DNA of 64,000 nt from assembly GCA_029717555.1 (NCBI GenBank), contig JAMDHS010000015.1, positions 1 to 64,000 of the forward strand, read 5' to 3'. Below the pieces are notes generated by a model. That model was not told the DNA's origin, did not search any database, and saw only the letters and a list, made by a program, of their open reading frames with translations. Each line of letters opens with the position of its first letter. Position 1 is the stretch's first letter. This stretch comes from Peribolospora baueri (lineage: Eukaryota). The translations under genes were made by a program, and so were the position numbers. Below, one piece after another: positions 24,820-40,700 of the stretch.

Positions 24820-26295
24820 ATGCCTCTCGGCTTTAACGCCGACTCTTCTCTCCGAGAGGCACCTCTCTCGGGCCCTCCCCCGGCCTACGCTGCCGCCATC
24901 CGACGAGTATACCCGGGCTCGCTCCGGCCCATGATCTTGTTCACCACCCTTCTTGGCGCTATTTACGGTTTTGGCAGTGGCGGCTCGCGTTTCAGAGACA
25001 TTTCCGAGGCTGGTGGTGAGTCTTGAGGGCGGTGTCGATGATGAGGCCCGCGAGGTCTATCGCATCACTTTGTGCTCATAGCCTCCGGTCTCTCCCTCCC
25101 CCCGCCCCCTCGCCCCTCTTCCCCACAGAAACCCAAAAGCTCAAGATGTTTGACATCATCGTTGGCGCGCTCTTCATGGCCGTCGGCGCCATAGAGGCGT
25201 TCGGCTTTGTCGCTGCGCTCATGGCGCGCGTGAAGATTGTGAGGATCTACACAGTGCTGGCCACGGTCGGCACCGGCATCGTCATTGCCGCCGAATTTTT
25301 GCAGCTCGTCTTGCACTTTACGCTCAAGGTGGGTATGGGGCCTGTCCGAGTGAACGCGGCGGTCTCTCTGCGCAGCATGAAATCAGGAAAAACGAGACGA
25401 GGGTGGCTCAAACGATTTTCTGTTTCATTGTGCTCCGCGTGCTCCTTCCTTCATCTTAACAGGAAGACCTCCTGGCCGGATGCGCCGTGCAGAACCAGAA
25501 CGACAAGGAGTTCGACAACAATGGTGACCTCATCCCAGCCCCGCCCAGCGACATCGACGCGCTGTGCACGAGTGAATGGGAGCGAGGAATCGCTTGGGAT
25601 GTGGCGTGGCTTATTTTCGGGTCATTGCTAGCGGTGAGTCGACCTTGATTGTTATCAGTCGAAGGGTCCTCCTGACCACGCGACGAATACATCCTCTGAT
25701 CTCCTTTTCATCCTGTCATACGCTCCACCTTCGACCCACATCCATAATGTTGTACCGACAGACACTCTTCACGATCTTCGCCTACGCCTACCTCCGTCAA
25801 CTCCGCGATCCTTCCTCGGTGGTCCACCGTGTCGCTCGGCCCATGGGAGGAGCTCCCTCTTCTCAGTACCAATACGGTGATCAGCCTTACGGCGCGTACG
25901 GGTACGACGCCAACGGGATTCCCCTACAAGCTTACCCTGGCTACGTACCGCCTTACGCTGCCGCTGCCGCCGCCGGCGCTAGCGCTGGCGCGCCTCCGAT
26001 GGGGCCTTATGGCCCTCCTCCTGGCCCTCCAGACCGCGGAGCGGGCAGCGTGGATTTGCCGGGGTACGAAGGCGACCCGTCGAACCCGTTCGTCGGGGAC
26101 GAGAAGGAAGCAGACGGGCCTGGCGCTCGCGACCTCGAAGAAGGCCGGAGAGGGAGCGCCGGCTCGCGCGACTCTTTGGGTCGCGCGGCGGGTATCAGCG
26201 GCGGATTGCACGGGGCGGACGGTTCGAACGTCACTTTGAGGGCTGTTGACGAGGAGGGGCGGGAGGGGAGGAGTAGGAGCGGGGGAGGAGCGTGA
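24820..26295 (+). CDS. Hypothetical four-transmembrane protein with a Pro/Gly/Tyr-rich cytosolic tail, multi-exon
   Basis: Hydrophobic segments (MILFTTLLGAIYGF; FDIIVGALFMAVGAIEAFGFVAAL; VLATVGTGIVIAAEFLQLVLHF; WDVAWLIFGSLLA|TLFTIFAYAYL), a Cys-containing loop and a PPY/PPPG-rich tail; GT-AG junctions. Confidence 0.7.
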
Positions 26296-26552
26296 TGCAT
26301 TTCGTTGCGAGAGGAGCGCGCCGACGATTGCGCCCGGGCGAGGGTGGGACGGCGAGACGGTCAGAGTATGCTGGGAGAACCGTGGCCGCGCCGTGATGGG
26401 TGGAGCGAGCTCCTGTGAGGACGTTGCTCGAAGTCCTCCCTTCTTTCTAACGCCCTTCGTAGATATGGACGCCGTCGACGCCCACGAACAGGCGGACGGT
26501 ACGAGAACGAACATTGAACGGTCTGTCATCTCTATTCCTTTTATCTTTTCGT

Positions 26553-26749
26553 TTCCTTCCTTCCTTTCTTCCTCCTTCCTTCCTTTCTTCCTCCTTCCTT
26601 CCTTCCTTCCTTCCTTCCTCCCTTCCTTCCTTCCTTCCTTCCTTCCTTTCTTCCTCCTTCCTTCCTTCCTTCCTTCCTTCCTTCCTTCCTTCCTTCCTTC
26701 CCTCCTTCCTTCCTTCCTTCCTTCCTTCCTTCTCTCTTTCCTTCCTTCC
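26553..26749. repeat. Long imperfect (CCTT)n tetranucleotide microsatellite
   Basis: About 200 bp of ccttccttcc... homopyrimidine tract. Confidence 0.95.
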
Positions 26750-27115
26750 GTCACGGGCATTGGTTCGCCTTGTATGGTACGTGTTTGAGTAACGAGGAAC
26801 TGGATCGGATGATCATTCGGCGCGACCAGGATGTCTAATTAGACGAATTCGATAGGCCAGCGCTTCCCCTGCGTGTTTCGCTCGGCACGACCTCGAACAG
26901 CGAACGGCAGGTCCTTGGAAACTGCGGCGGTGACTGCGGCAACCCTACTTAACACGCGCTTCCAGCAGCCAGCGGCGATCACGCGCCGGCTTGACCCGAA
27001 GGCGGGCGAGCGCGGCCGAGGAGAAGGGCTCCCTCCGCACGACCTTCGTTCGCTGCCCACTTCCCCATCTTCATCTTCCTCCACTCCTTCATACACACCC
27101 ATCCACTCGCCCACT

Positions 27116-30312
<3,197 letters not shown>

Positions 30313-30913
30313 AATGTGTGACGGACCGCGTTGTCTTGGTTGAGGTTTATGCACCTCCTCGACGGTCTTTCCTTTCTCCTCTTCCGCTCCCCATCCCATT
30401 GGATTCCCTTCCCTTCCCTTCTGCTTGCTCGTTCCGCCCTTTCGCTTCACGCATTTGTTCATCGGTCCTCGCGTGTGTCATGAGCATAAGCTAGTTGCAA
30501 TAGCGAGCGGAGTGCGGCGGGGAAATCGTGATGAAGAACTCTGAAGTGATCGTCGACCGACGTGAGGTACGGTAGCAGACACAGATGGTGGTCAATGTCA
30601 GAAGAAAGGGACCGTTGAGCCTCCCTCGCTAGTTGCCGCATCGGCATTGGGAACAATGGGAAGAAAAAGGGATGCGATCCTCGGATGCATGTATATAAGG
30701 AGCGCCACTCGCTCCCTCTCTCCCTAGTTCCTACGGTGGAATCAAATAGCCCGATAGCCGGTCCATACCTTGTTCTCTTGGTCCCAATCGCTTAGGCCCC
30801 CCAGCTGCAAACAGTCAATGCGGGGCACGTGACCGAAATCTACACGATGCGACGCGGCCCTCTCTCGCTCCTTCCTTCGTCCCACGAACATTCAACCAAA
30901 CCAAGCAAACGCC

Positions 30914-33158
30914 ATGGAGCCATCACCACCCTCATACTCAACCACACCGTCGGGATGGACAAACCCGCACAGCCCCGTGCCGGACGTGCCGGGACAGATC
31001 GTGGACGATGAAACGCACTACTTTTTGAGGGAGTTTGTGCAAGGGTTGTGCAGGCTCAACAATCCGAGGTGAGTTTTTTTGCGTCTGCATTAGACGCCCA
31101 TTATTCGGTGCATAGGAGAGTGGACGTGAGCGACGGTGCGGATAGAAGGCGCTCGTATATGGCTCGGACGAGAGGCAGACTCTGCGTTCCGGCCGTCTCA
31201 CCCTCCCTCCTCGACATCGCGTCCACGCCTCCCCCCTTACGTTCTCTGCTCGACTCGTAGGTTTCCTGGCTCCCAGCCCGTGAGCTTTGTGACGAGCTCT
31301 TTGGAGCTGCTGGAGAAGCACAAGTGAGTTATTTGCGGTCTCGTGAGCGGGCGCTTTGGAGGGAGCTCAGCACGCGTGCCTGACCTGTCCGCATCTCTTC
31401 CGCAACGTCTACCCCTCTCGTATCAAGTTTCTGGGTGTGCGAAAAGTCGGATGGAGTGCGAGTAATGGTGCTCATAGTGATGAAACCGGGAACCTCTATC
31501 CAACAAGTCTTTCTGGTGCGTCGCCACCGTCGCCACGCTCCATCTTTTTGCGCTCATCCAGCCCGCTGCCCTTCACCTGATGCACGCAGATCGATCGACA
31601 CAACGTCTACCGAGAAGTCGCCGGCCTCCGCTTTCCTCGATTCGATCGACCTGAGCCCCTGAACAATACTCTTCTCGATGGAGAGCTCGTAATCGACCAG
31701 GAGAGGGATTCTAGCGTGAGATTGAGATTGCCGCGCAGACGGAGGAGAATAGCGAACGCCTTTTCCGTTCCAAGCCGACGACGCCGTCTTGTTCTGATCT
31801 ATATGTCTGTTTCGTCTGTCTTTTTGCATCATAGGGAAAGGTCATCTCCCAGAAACTTCGGCTACTGGCTTTTGACTGCGTCGTATACGACGGCACCAAC
31901 TTGTGGTCCAAGGCCCTCTCGAGCCGCTACGGGGTGAGCCCGGCTTGGCGTTGGCGCTCTTACCTGCTCGCGAAGGCGTGATCATTCGAATACTCATCGC
32001 AAGCGTCGCCACCTGGTGCTACTTGCTCTTTCTTGCAGCGGCTGAAAGAATGGATCGTCAAGCCGTACGAGAGAATGGTCGCCCAGAATCGGGAATGTGC
32101 GGCTAAAATGCCGTTTGAGTGAGTGGACATGCAATTCCCCCAAGTCAAGAATGTCAGGCCGGTGTGGCACTGACGGTATCGCGTCCGGTCTCACAGAGTG
32201 GTCCTCAAACCTCAGGAAAAGTCTTACGCCATGGACGTTGTCTTCCGAGAACATCTACCTCGTCTGAAACACGGCAATGACGGCCTCATATTCACCTGTG
32301 AAGAGTCTGGGTACGTCCAGGGCACTGATCAAATGATGTGAGTGGGGGTTACCGTCGTCGTCAAAGAACTCGATCCGCGCTCACCTGGCCCTCTGACGTC
32401 ACCTCGCTCTGGCGCCCGTCCATTTGGCAGACTGAAGTGGAAACCGCCGTCAGAGAATTCGATCGATTTCAAGCTCGAGCTGCGCTTCCCTCCTTCCGTT
32501 CAGGACTCGAGTCGACCAGACCTCGCGGCGAAGCCGGCGTTCATGCTCTTTGAGTGGAAGGGGAGGGAGGATTACAAGTTTTTCGACTTTATGCTCGTCA
32601 CGGACGAGGAGTGGGAGAGGTGAGTCTGTGCCGGGCATATGCGTGGCGATATGGACGTCATGATGCGTACACACCGCTCACTCGCTCTCCCTCGTCCATG
32701 CATGGAACTTTGGTGATGTACCTGCCAGGATCAAAGAAAGCGGTGAACAGTGGGACGATCGGATCGTGGAGGTGGTGTGGGATTTCGAGATGGAGGGATG
32801 GCGGCACATGCGGTTCAGGGACGATAAGCCGCACGGGAACCACTCGAAGACGGTGGGCTGGGTGCTGCAGAGCATCAAGGAAGGCGTCGAGGCTCAAATG
32901 GTGGGTCGGTCTTTGCGACTCCTTCCTGGGGTCGACCTTGTGGGCTGACAGCCGTTTGAAATGTTCAACTGTTCACCCCCCCCCCTCCCCTTTGGCCGTG
33001 GTTAGCTCATCGACCACGGTCCCCGTATCCGGGACGCGTGGAAGGCGAGGCAGAATCAGCAGAAGGCCGCCCATCTGCCGTCCGCCGCGGCTGCGCAGGC
33101 GGGGCCGCAGCTGGGGCCGGGGCCTGGGCCGGTGATGGGCGCGACGTTGAAGAGATGA
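30914..33158 (+). CDS. CEG1: mRNA capping enzyme, guanylyltransferase subunit, multi-exon
   Basis: RFPGSQPVSF; motif I WVCEKSDGVR; TLLDGELVID; LLAFD; LKHGNDGLIFT; LKWKPPSENSIDF; WRHMRFRDDKPHGN. Confidence 0.95.
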
Positions 33159-34821
33159 GGCGAGGTGTTCTAAGCTCGTTCTTGGCGAAGATGTGAGACG
33201 ATTGAGACGATCGATCGATGGATTCCCTCGCCCGTCTCCGTCGTTCGTTCGCGCGTTTAAAATTCCTAACAAGCTCGCCCGCCGGCGCGCCGACCGCCGG
33301 CGGCCGGTTCTGTGTCGCTCTCACTCTCACGAGGTGCTCCCAGCCGGGGTTTTGATCAGTGGTACTTAGCGTGTCCCGCCACGGCAGTCATGTATGCATG
33401 TATGTATGAATGAATGAATGTACGTTATGTGGCCGACGGTCTCCTCGCCTCGTCGCTCGGTCCGCCCACAATCAAATCAGCAGCTCGTCCGTCGCCTACG
33501 CACGGAAGCGAACCGACCGGGCCGGCCGCGGCGAGAACGATGAGGGAGGAGTAAGTAAGTTGGGTCCGCTCCATATACGTAGTTACGGAACGGGGCGAAC
33601 GATGGCGCTGCTGCTTCTGCTATTGCGCGCCACCACGCCCACGCTATCGAGGAATGGAGACGGACGGGGGTGATTTAATTGAGATGTCGTCCATGAAATG
33701 AAATGAAACGCCGCCCACCGGCCTGGCTCTCGGCCGCAGCTCAGCTCGCGCTCCGCTTTTGTCGCTGTCGTGGTGGAGCGTCGCTAACGTCGTCGAGGGC
33801 CACTAAGGGTGGCGAGGGGATGGAAGAGCGTAAGAGATGTACGATGCGCGAGAGACTGGCGAGTCACTCTCGCCTGCCTGCCTGCCTGTCTGGGCAGCTG
33901 CCACGTCGTCACCGGCATCGCAATTGGCGCTCGGCTGGCCATACGTTATCTACCTGTCATGTCACCCCGTCCAGTTAGACCGGCGACAGCGACAAGGGAC
34001 GGGCGGAAGCAAGGAGGCGTGTGTGACGAGAGAAAGAGGATGGGTGGATGGAAAAGCGAGCGAGTAAATTACGAACGAACGGATGGACGACAACGACGTC
34101 CACGTCCACGTCCGTGCGCGACGAGGCGCCGACGTTGACGTCATTCGTCCTTTGTCGTTCGAAGAAACGAAGAAAAAGACGACCAGGGCGGGGAGGGAAG
34201 GAGGGACTTTTTGACTTGCTTGACTGACACTCCCAGTCGCACCTGTTCGACTCGATCTCACCGCAGACAGACAGATGAACCGGCTTCATGCTCTTTTCCT
34301 ATAACCCACCCACACACGCCGCGCCCGTCGTTCCACTCGCGACGACGACGACGACGTGTCAGAAGCGATAAGCTCCCCCTCCCCTCCCTCCTTCTCTCCC
34401 TCTCGGCAGCCACAGCAGCCTCGACTGACCGCCGTCCGCCGTCCGCCGTGCTGCACCTTGCGCCCCGGCGCATATCGGCACGGGCGGTGGCTAAGTCGCT
34501 GAACAGACAGACAGAGAGATAGGGTGGATGGATGGATGGTCGGGAATATCCGTCAACCCCTTTTTAGCTTCCCTCCCGTCCCTCCCTCTCTCCCTCGTTC
34601 GCTCGCCCGACCCTTATCGCTTCCAAAGAGGCGACGGTACAAGCAACGAGGCGAACTGCGCCCGGAAGACAATGGGGAGAATACAAACCGTGTGCGACGA
34701 CGTCCTCGCTCCGTCGTCTCCTCACCCACTCACTCCCTCCTTTGCTGTATGTACGTGCATAGTACGCCAGTATGCGCGTACCTACCTGAACGGGGGGTGC
34801 AAAACGGCGACGACGCGACAT

Positions 34822-34902
34822 CGCTTGCACTTGCTTGCACCTGCTTGCACTTGCACTCGCACTTGCACTCGCACTCGCAGTCGCACGCCCACGCCCACGC
34901 CC
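34822..34902. repeat. (GCACTT/GCACTC)n and (CACGCC)n hexamer repeats
   Basis: Tandem hexamers read directly. Confidence 0.7.
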
Positions 34903-36271
34903 GTCCATCGCTTCGCTTCGCTTCTTCTTGCCCGACGAAACGGCGGCCCAAGTCAAGCCACCCAAAGCCAGCGCTATCTATCATCCCGCGTCGGCCAAAG
35001 GGACGGGAGAGGGGGAAAGTTCGGCAGCGCCCTCCGTCCGTCAGCACTGAATGTCCCGCTCCGAACGCACTAACTAACCTTCCGCAGCTAGCTAGCTCGA
35101 GCGCCCTCTTTCTCTTTCTCTCGATACATGTCACGATACGATCGATGCAAGTCCGCCGACGACGTCTTCATCTGTCTGTCTATCTATCAGGCTTTCCTTT
35201 CTTCTTTCGTTCTCCTTTTGGCTTTGCCTCCGTCTCGTGTCTGACAGGCAAGCCAAGCCAAGCCAAGCCAAGTCAAAGTCAAAGTCAAGTTGAGTTGCTC
35301 TCTTCCTCCTCTCGGCGCGATGCGGCAAGGTGTGGCGCCGTGGCGAGCTAGCGTGGACTGGACGGGGACGGGGACGCGGGGATGGCGGCTTGCGAGGGCG
35401 ATGGATGAACGGACGGGTGGTGGTCCGAAATGGCCGATGATGAATGGACCCGAGGCCGGCCGCGCCGGGAAGAGTTTCCTCAGGAAGAGGGGAGGGGGTG
35501 GAGCGGAGCGGAGGCGGAGGGTAGAAATGCTCCTAGCCACGGCGCTAGTAAGCTACGACGGGTCCAGTCGTGTCTGTGTCTGTGTCTGTGTCTGTCGTGG
35601 TGGCCCGCTGGCTGGCGGAGGGCGCGAGAAGGTGCGAGCGGGCGGCCAGTCGTCGCGGGGAAGCGTAGCGTGAGCGTGAGCGTGAGTGTGTGGCCGGTCG
35701 GTCGCGCGGACGTTGGCGTTGGGTTGCGCTGCGACGTTGCACGGAGGCTGGCTGGTACAGAAAGAACGCAAGTGCAATCGCAAGTGCAGACGCAAGCGCA
35801 CGCACATGCAAGCGCAAGCGCAAGCGCAAGCGCAGACGCAGTGCACACCGAATGGCTCCGTCCCGCTCGCACTTGCTGCGTAGCCCCGGCGCAGCGCTTT
35901 CCGTGACGTGACGTAGGTCGTCCTTCCTACTCGACTCGCTCACTCCCTCCATCCCTCCATCCCTCCCTCTCTGCACCCGGCTCGCCGTCTTGCCGTCCCC
36001 GTGCTTGTTCTGTCTGCCTTGCCTTGCCTTGCCCTGCTTCTGCTTGCCCGACCTGCATCCTTTTCCTCCCTCCTTTCTTCTTCGCTCTCCCTATATCTCC
36101 CCTCCTCGGCAGCGCCCCGCACCTGCCATGGCCCGTCGCCGCCGCCATCTCTTCCTTGCTCCTTTCTGCCTTGTCCAAGCCATCCAGCGCAGACGAGACC
36201 AGGCCGAGCGAGACCCGACCAGACCAGGCGAGACCAGACCGAGGTCCCGCGGGCCCTCTGCGCCCCTCTCT

Positions 36272-36303
<32 letters not shown>

Positions 36304-37730
36304 GCTTGTTGCTTGCTCACCGCAACCCCGCACCGTCGTCACACGAGCACATGTACCTTACTTACCTTGCCTGCCCTCGATCGTGCCGTGCCGAGAGGCG
36401 CGAAGAAGAGAGAGCGATGTCGATATCGACTGGAGACGAGAAGAGAGAGAAGATAAGAGAGCCGCTTTCCATTGTCGTCTATCTTTCTTTCTTGCCTTGT
36501 CTGGCCGCGCCTAACCTTGCCTTGCCTGTCCTTGGCTCACCCTCGCCTTCGCCTACCCACTCACTCGCCTGCTCGTCCCGCTGGCTCGCCTCGCCTTACA
36601 CTTGCCTTTCTCGTTTCTCGTTTCTCGCTCCTCGCCCGCCCGCCATCCGTTCGCCGTCTTTCGTATTTATCCCCCCCCCCCCTCCCCCTTCCCCCCGCCG
36701 TCCCCGTCTTCTCTTCCCCCCGTCGACGACGACGGCGACAGCGGTAACGTCGGACCGCAACGACCACCGTCCACCCCTTTCATTCATACATCCCCTTCCC
36801 ACCTCGCCTCCCTCCCTCCTTCTCGGCCCCCCTCCCGACCAGACCGACCGGCCGACGTGGCGCCTCTCCGCAACCTCGTCCTCGCTCTCAACACATATCT
36901 TATCTCTCCATCGTCTCCCTCCCCTTCTCTCCATCCCCTTTCTTCTTCCTGTCTCCTTCCTTGCTCTCCAGGACCCACCCTCCTACCACCTCTCCTGCCA
37001 CTCCACCCCAACCCCATTCCCCTTCCTTCCTTGCCCGTCGCCAGCCCGCCCTGCGCGCCCCCTCCGTTGGCACGCCATCATCCACCAACGGTGCCGTCCG
37101 TCAGGGCCCCCTAGCCCGCCCCACCAACCAGCCCCACCCACCTCCCCAGTCCCGCGTCCCTGTCTCGCTCGCTCCCCTCCGTCCTTCATTCGCGAGCAGC
37201 CACGTCTCCTTTCATCGAAGCGCAGGACCGGAATCAAAGGTCGGTCGGAAGGTCGGGCGATCGCAGCCGATCTCGAGTGCCTTCTATCGAAAGATCGATC
37301 AAGTCGCCCTCTAGCTAGACGCACTCTCTCCGACGACGACGGCCCTCTCTCTCTCAACCACTCCGCCCCGCTAGACTCTGTCGACTTTCTCGTCCTACAC
37401 AACCCCCCTCCTTCCCTTCTCACGCCCTGCGAACGAATTCGACTTGCCTCGCCCCGCCTCGACGGCCGTCTCAACTCGGACGGACCCACGCCGCCATCGT
37501 CCCCACCCACCGCACAGATAAGCATATCGCGCTTGCTGCGGCAGCGCATAGAGGGGGACAACGGAAGAATTGGGCGAGTCAAGTCGTTCTTTGATATTTC
37601 CGATATTTTTTGCCGGAGGAAGACGACGACGACGACGACGGTGGCGGCGGTGGGCAGGCGGCGAGCAAGGATAACGATCGCAAGCGACACCATCACATCA
37701 AATCCCTCTCTTTGACCACTTCCGACCGCC

Positions 37731-40700
37731 ATGCAAGCCGTCGCCATCCCCATCCCCATCCCATCGCACCCCCGACCCTCGCCCGACCCCACCCCGGCCA
37801 CCGCCGTCGGCTCTCCTGCCTTCCCCTTCTCCCCCATCAAGCCATGCCATCCCTTCTCCGCCGCCCCTCCTTCTCCCATCCACTCCTTCTCCTCCCACCG
37901 ACCCTTCGCCTCCGCTGCCGTCGGCTCCGACGACGACGAGGAGCGAGGGCCGGACACCGACGAGATTGAGCTCAACTTTAGTCGGCGCAGCAGTCTTAGC
38001 GGCGTCAGTAGCATGTCCAACTCGGTCGGCGAATCTTTCGACGATGTGGAGCAGGACGAGCTGGAGTTGGACGACGACGACGACGACGACGGCGTCTACG
38101 AAGATCATCACCACCATGATCTTGACCATGATCGACGTCTCTACCTCGACCCTCCCCGCCCGCCCGCCAGGCACACCAGGCACCTTGGCCCCGGTCGAAC
38201 CCATGCTTCGCGCCCCCACCCTCTCCCAGCCCCCGTCCAAGGCCGTCCCAAGAGCCACACCGTCGTCGGCGGTCACGGCGCCTATCCTGCCAGCCTCCGC
38301 GACACACACCCGCACCTCTTCTCGCCCCGCTCCAACGCTTCCCTCTACGCCGCTTCCAGCGACGCCGCCGTGTCTGCGGACCACTCCTTCGCCGGCGGAT
38401 ACGCCATGGAGAGGCCATCCAAGCACAAACTCGACTCCCGATCATGTTCTCGATCTGGCTCCGCCTCCGGTCCCGGTCCCGGCTCCCACTCTGGCTCCGG
38501 CCTTCGCCGTCGTTCACTCGCCGATGCCCTCCATTTTCCCTTCTTCCGCGACCACTACCACCACGCCGGCCTACCCTTCTTCGCTTCGTCGTCCTCCCTC
38601 TCCTCCACCAGCGCCGGAACGGGCAGCCTCTCTTCCACCGCTTTTGTCGTCTCCGACGGTCAGCCCGTTGGCGTCGTTCCCTCCTCTTCCTCTTCTTCTT
38701 CCTCCTCCCACAACGTCTCCGGCGCCCAACCTGGCAACGGGGCGGGCGCCGGGCCCGTCGTCAGTCTCTCCTTTAGCCGCTCCAAGTCCTTCTCCACCGC
38801 CCCCGCCCCCGCCCAACCTCCGCTCAGTCCAACTCTCCTCTCCACACCTCGCTCCCCCCCTTCGCCTCCCACCGCCCGCCCTCGCGGACGTCTGCTCACG
38901 TCTTGCGAGCCTGACCTTGACTTTTTACCGGCCGACCACCAGCCCGTCATCGTCCCTTTCACCGATCCTTTTAGCGTGACCGTCGCCACCGCGCGGGCCG
39001 GTAAAGCTGCGCCAGGCTCCTCGAAGAAGAAGAAGATGAAGAAGGATACTTTGAGCGTCGTCGTGCCCCCTTCTGGTTTCTCTTCCGACATGCCCGGTGG
39101 AGGTTTGCGGGACTCGCAAGCACCATTGCCGTCGGGACTCGTCGCCGCCGCCGCCCAGGTCCCGACCGAGTTCGACGTATCCCTCTCCCGCAGGAGTAGC
39201 GGCTACGTTCAGGGCCGAGGAGGAGTGACCACTGGGACCGGGGCCGCGGCCGGCGACGGAGGAGAAGGAGGAGATCCCGTCGATGTTCGAGTCGGCCAGA
39301 GCGAAGGAAGGCCGGGGGGACAGGGGGGCGAGGGCGAGGTGGACGTCGACAACGACGACGACGACGCCGAGTCGGTCGCAAAGGTCACCATCTCCCTCCT
39401 CTCGCCCCGCCTCAAGCTCGCCCGGCTGCCTCGCCGCATGCTCCGGTCCGAGCTCTGGCGCGTCGCCGGCGAGGTCGTCGCGCGCTCCTCGCCTTCGGCC
39501 CTCTCCTCTTCCACCGTCGTCGCTGCCGCTGCCTCTGCCGCCCCTCGTGGAGCTGCTCGGGGCGCTGGTTTGGGTTCCGAAGACGAAAGCTCTCGAGGAG
39601 ACGACGGTTGCGGGGTAGGAGGAGGAGGGGACGAGCGCGATGAATGGTGGCCGTCGACGGCGGTGCCCCAAGCCACGCCGGACACCTTCTTTAGTCTCTC
39701 CGCAAACGACCTCGAGGTATCCATCGTCGCTGAGGAGTCGATCATCGAGCGCGATTGGAGGCCGGTTGTGGAGAAGCAGAGGCGAGAGAGGGAGAGGAAG
39801 GAGAGGGAGAGGAGGAGGAGAAGAAGAAGAAGAAGAAGAAGTAGGAGAGGGAGGAGAAAGACGGGGACCGCCGAGGCCGAGGCCGAGGTGCAGGTGCCCG
39901 CGCCCAAGGACGTCTCCGGCTTTGGCTTTGGCGTCGGAGAGAACGAGGTGAAGATCAGCGAGGACGTCTGGTGCGCCCTCGCGGTCGCCTGTCATGGCGA
40001 CGGCATCGAGGACGCCGGGAACCGGGTCCGAGAGATTTCGTCACCACTCGCAAAGGCCGGCATCTCCATCTTGTTCCTCAGCACCTACGTCTCCGATTTT
40101 ATCCTCGTCAAACGTGCCTGCCTGCCCGACGTTTTTCACATCCTCCATCGCTCTGGCTACGTCGAGTCGCCTGGTGTTCCCTCCGCCCCCGCCCCCGCCC
40201 CCGCCCCCCCTGCACCGCCCCACCTTTGTCCCCCGAGCCCGGAGCTGAACGCGACGACAACGTCCAGCAGACGCAACAGCTTCTCCCCCACGCGCTCTTC
40301 TCCGACCGTCGCTGACTATGCTCGGCCTGAAGGGGAGCAGCAGCCGGAGCAGCCGGAAAGCTCGATCTCCAGCCTCGTCCTCTCCGAGACCGAGACGCGC
40401 GGCGGCGCCAGTTCCGCGACCAGCAGTCTTCCCGCCGTCGGCGTCGGACGCACGCTCTCCCTGTCCGCATTGCCACTCGTACACTCGCACTCGCCCAGCC
40501 CGCAGCCGAACCCTACCGGCACCGGCGCCGTTTCTTCTCCTCACCCCTCCGCTCTCGCCCACCAGCACGAGCTGCAGCACGAGCAGCAGCGGCAGCAGCA
40601 GCAGCGACGGCGAGGCTCATGGCCGGTGTGGAACGCCTCCATGTCCCGCGATTCGTCCCTCGCCGGTGCCTTGGGCGCGGAGCACATCTCCATCCTGCCC

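Noticed and set aside
25924..26792. ORFs with RKEG/PSFL repeats
   Set aside because: Translations of the (CCTT)n microsatellite.
36024..37715. 563-aa plus-strand ORF upstream of the CASTOR-like gene
   Set aside because: Non-ATG start and Pro/Leu/Ser composition from pyrimidine-rich simple sequence; no domain.
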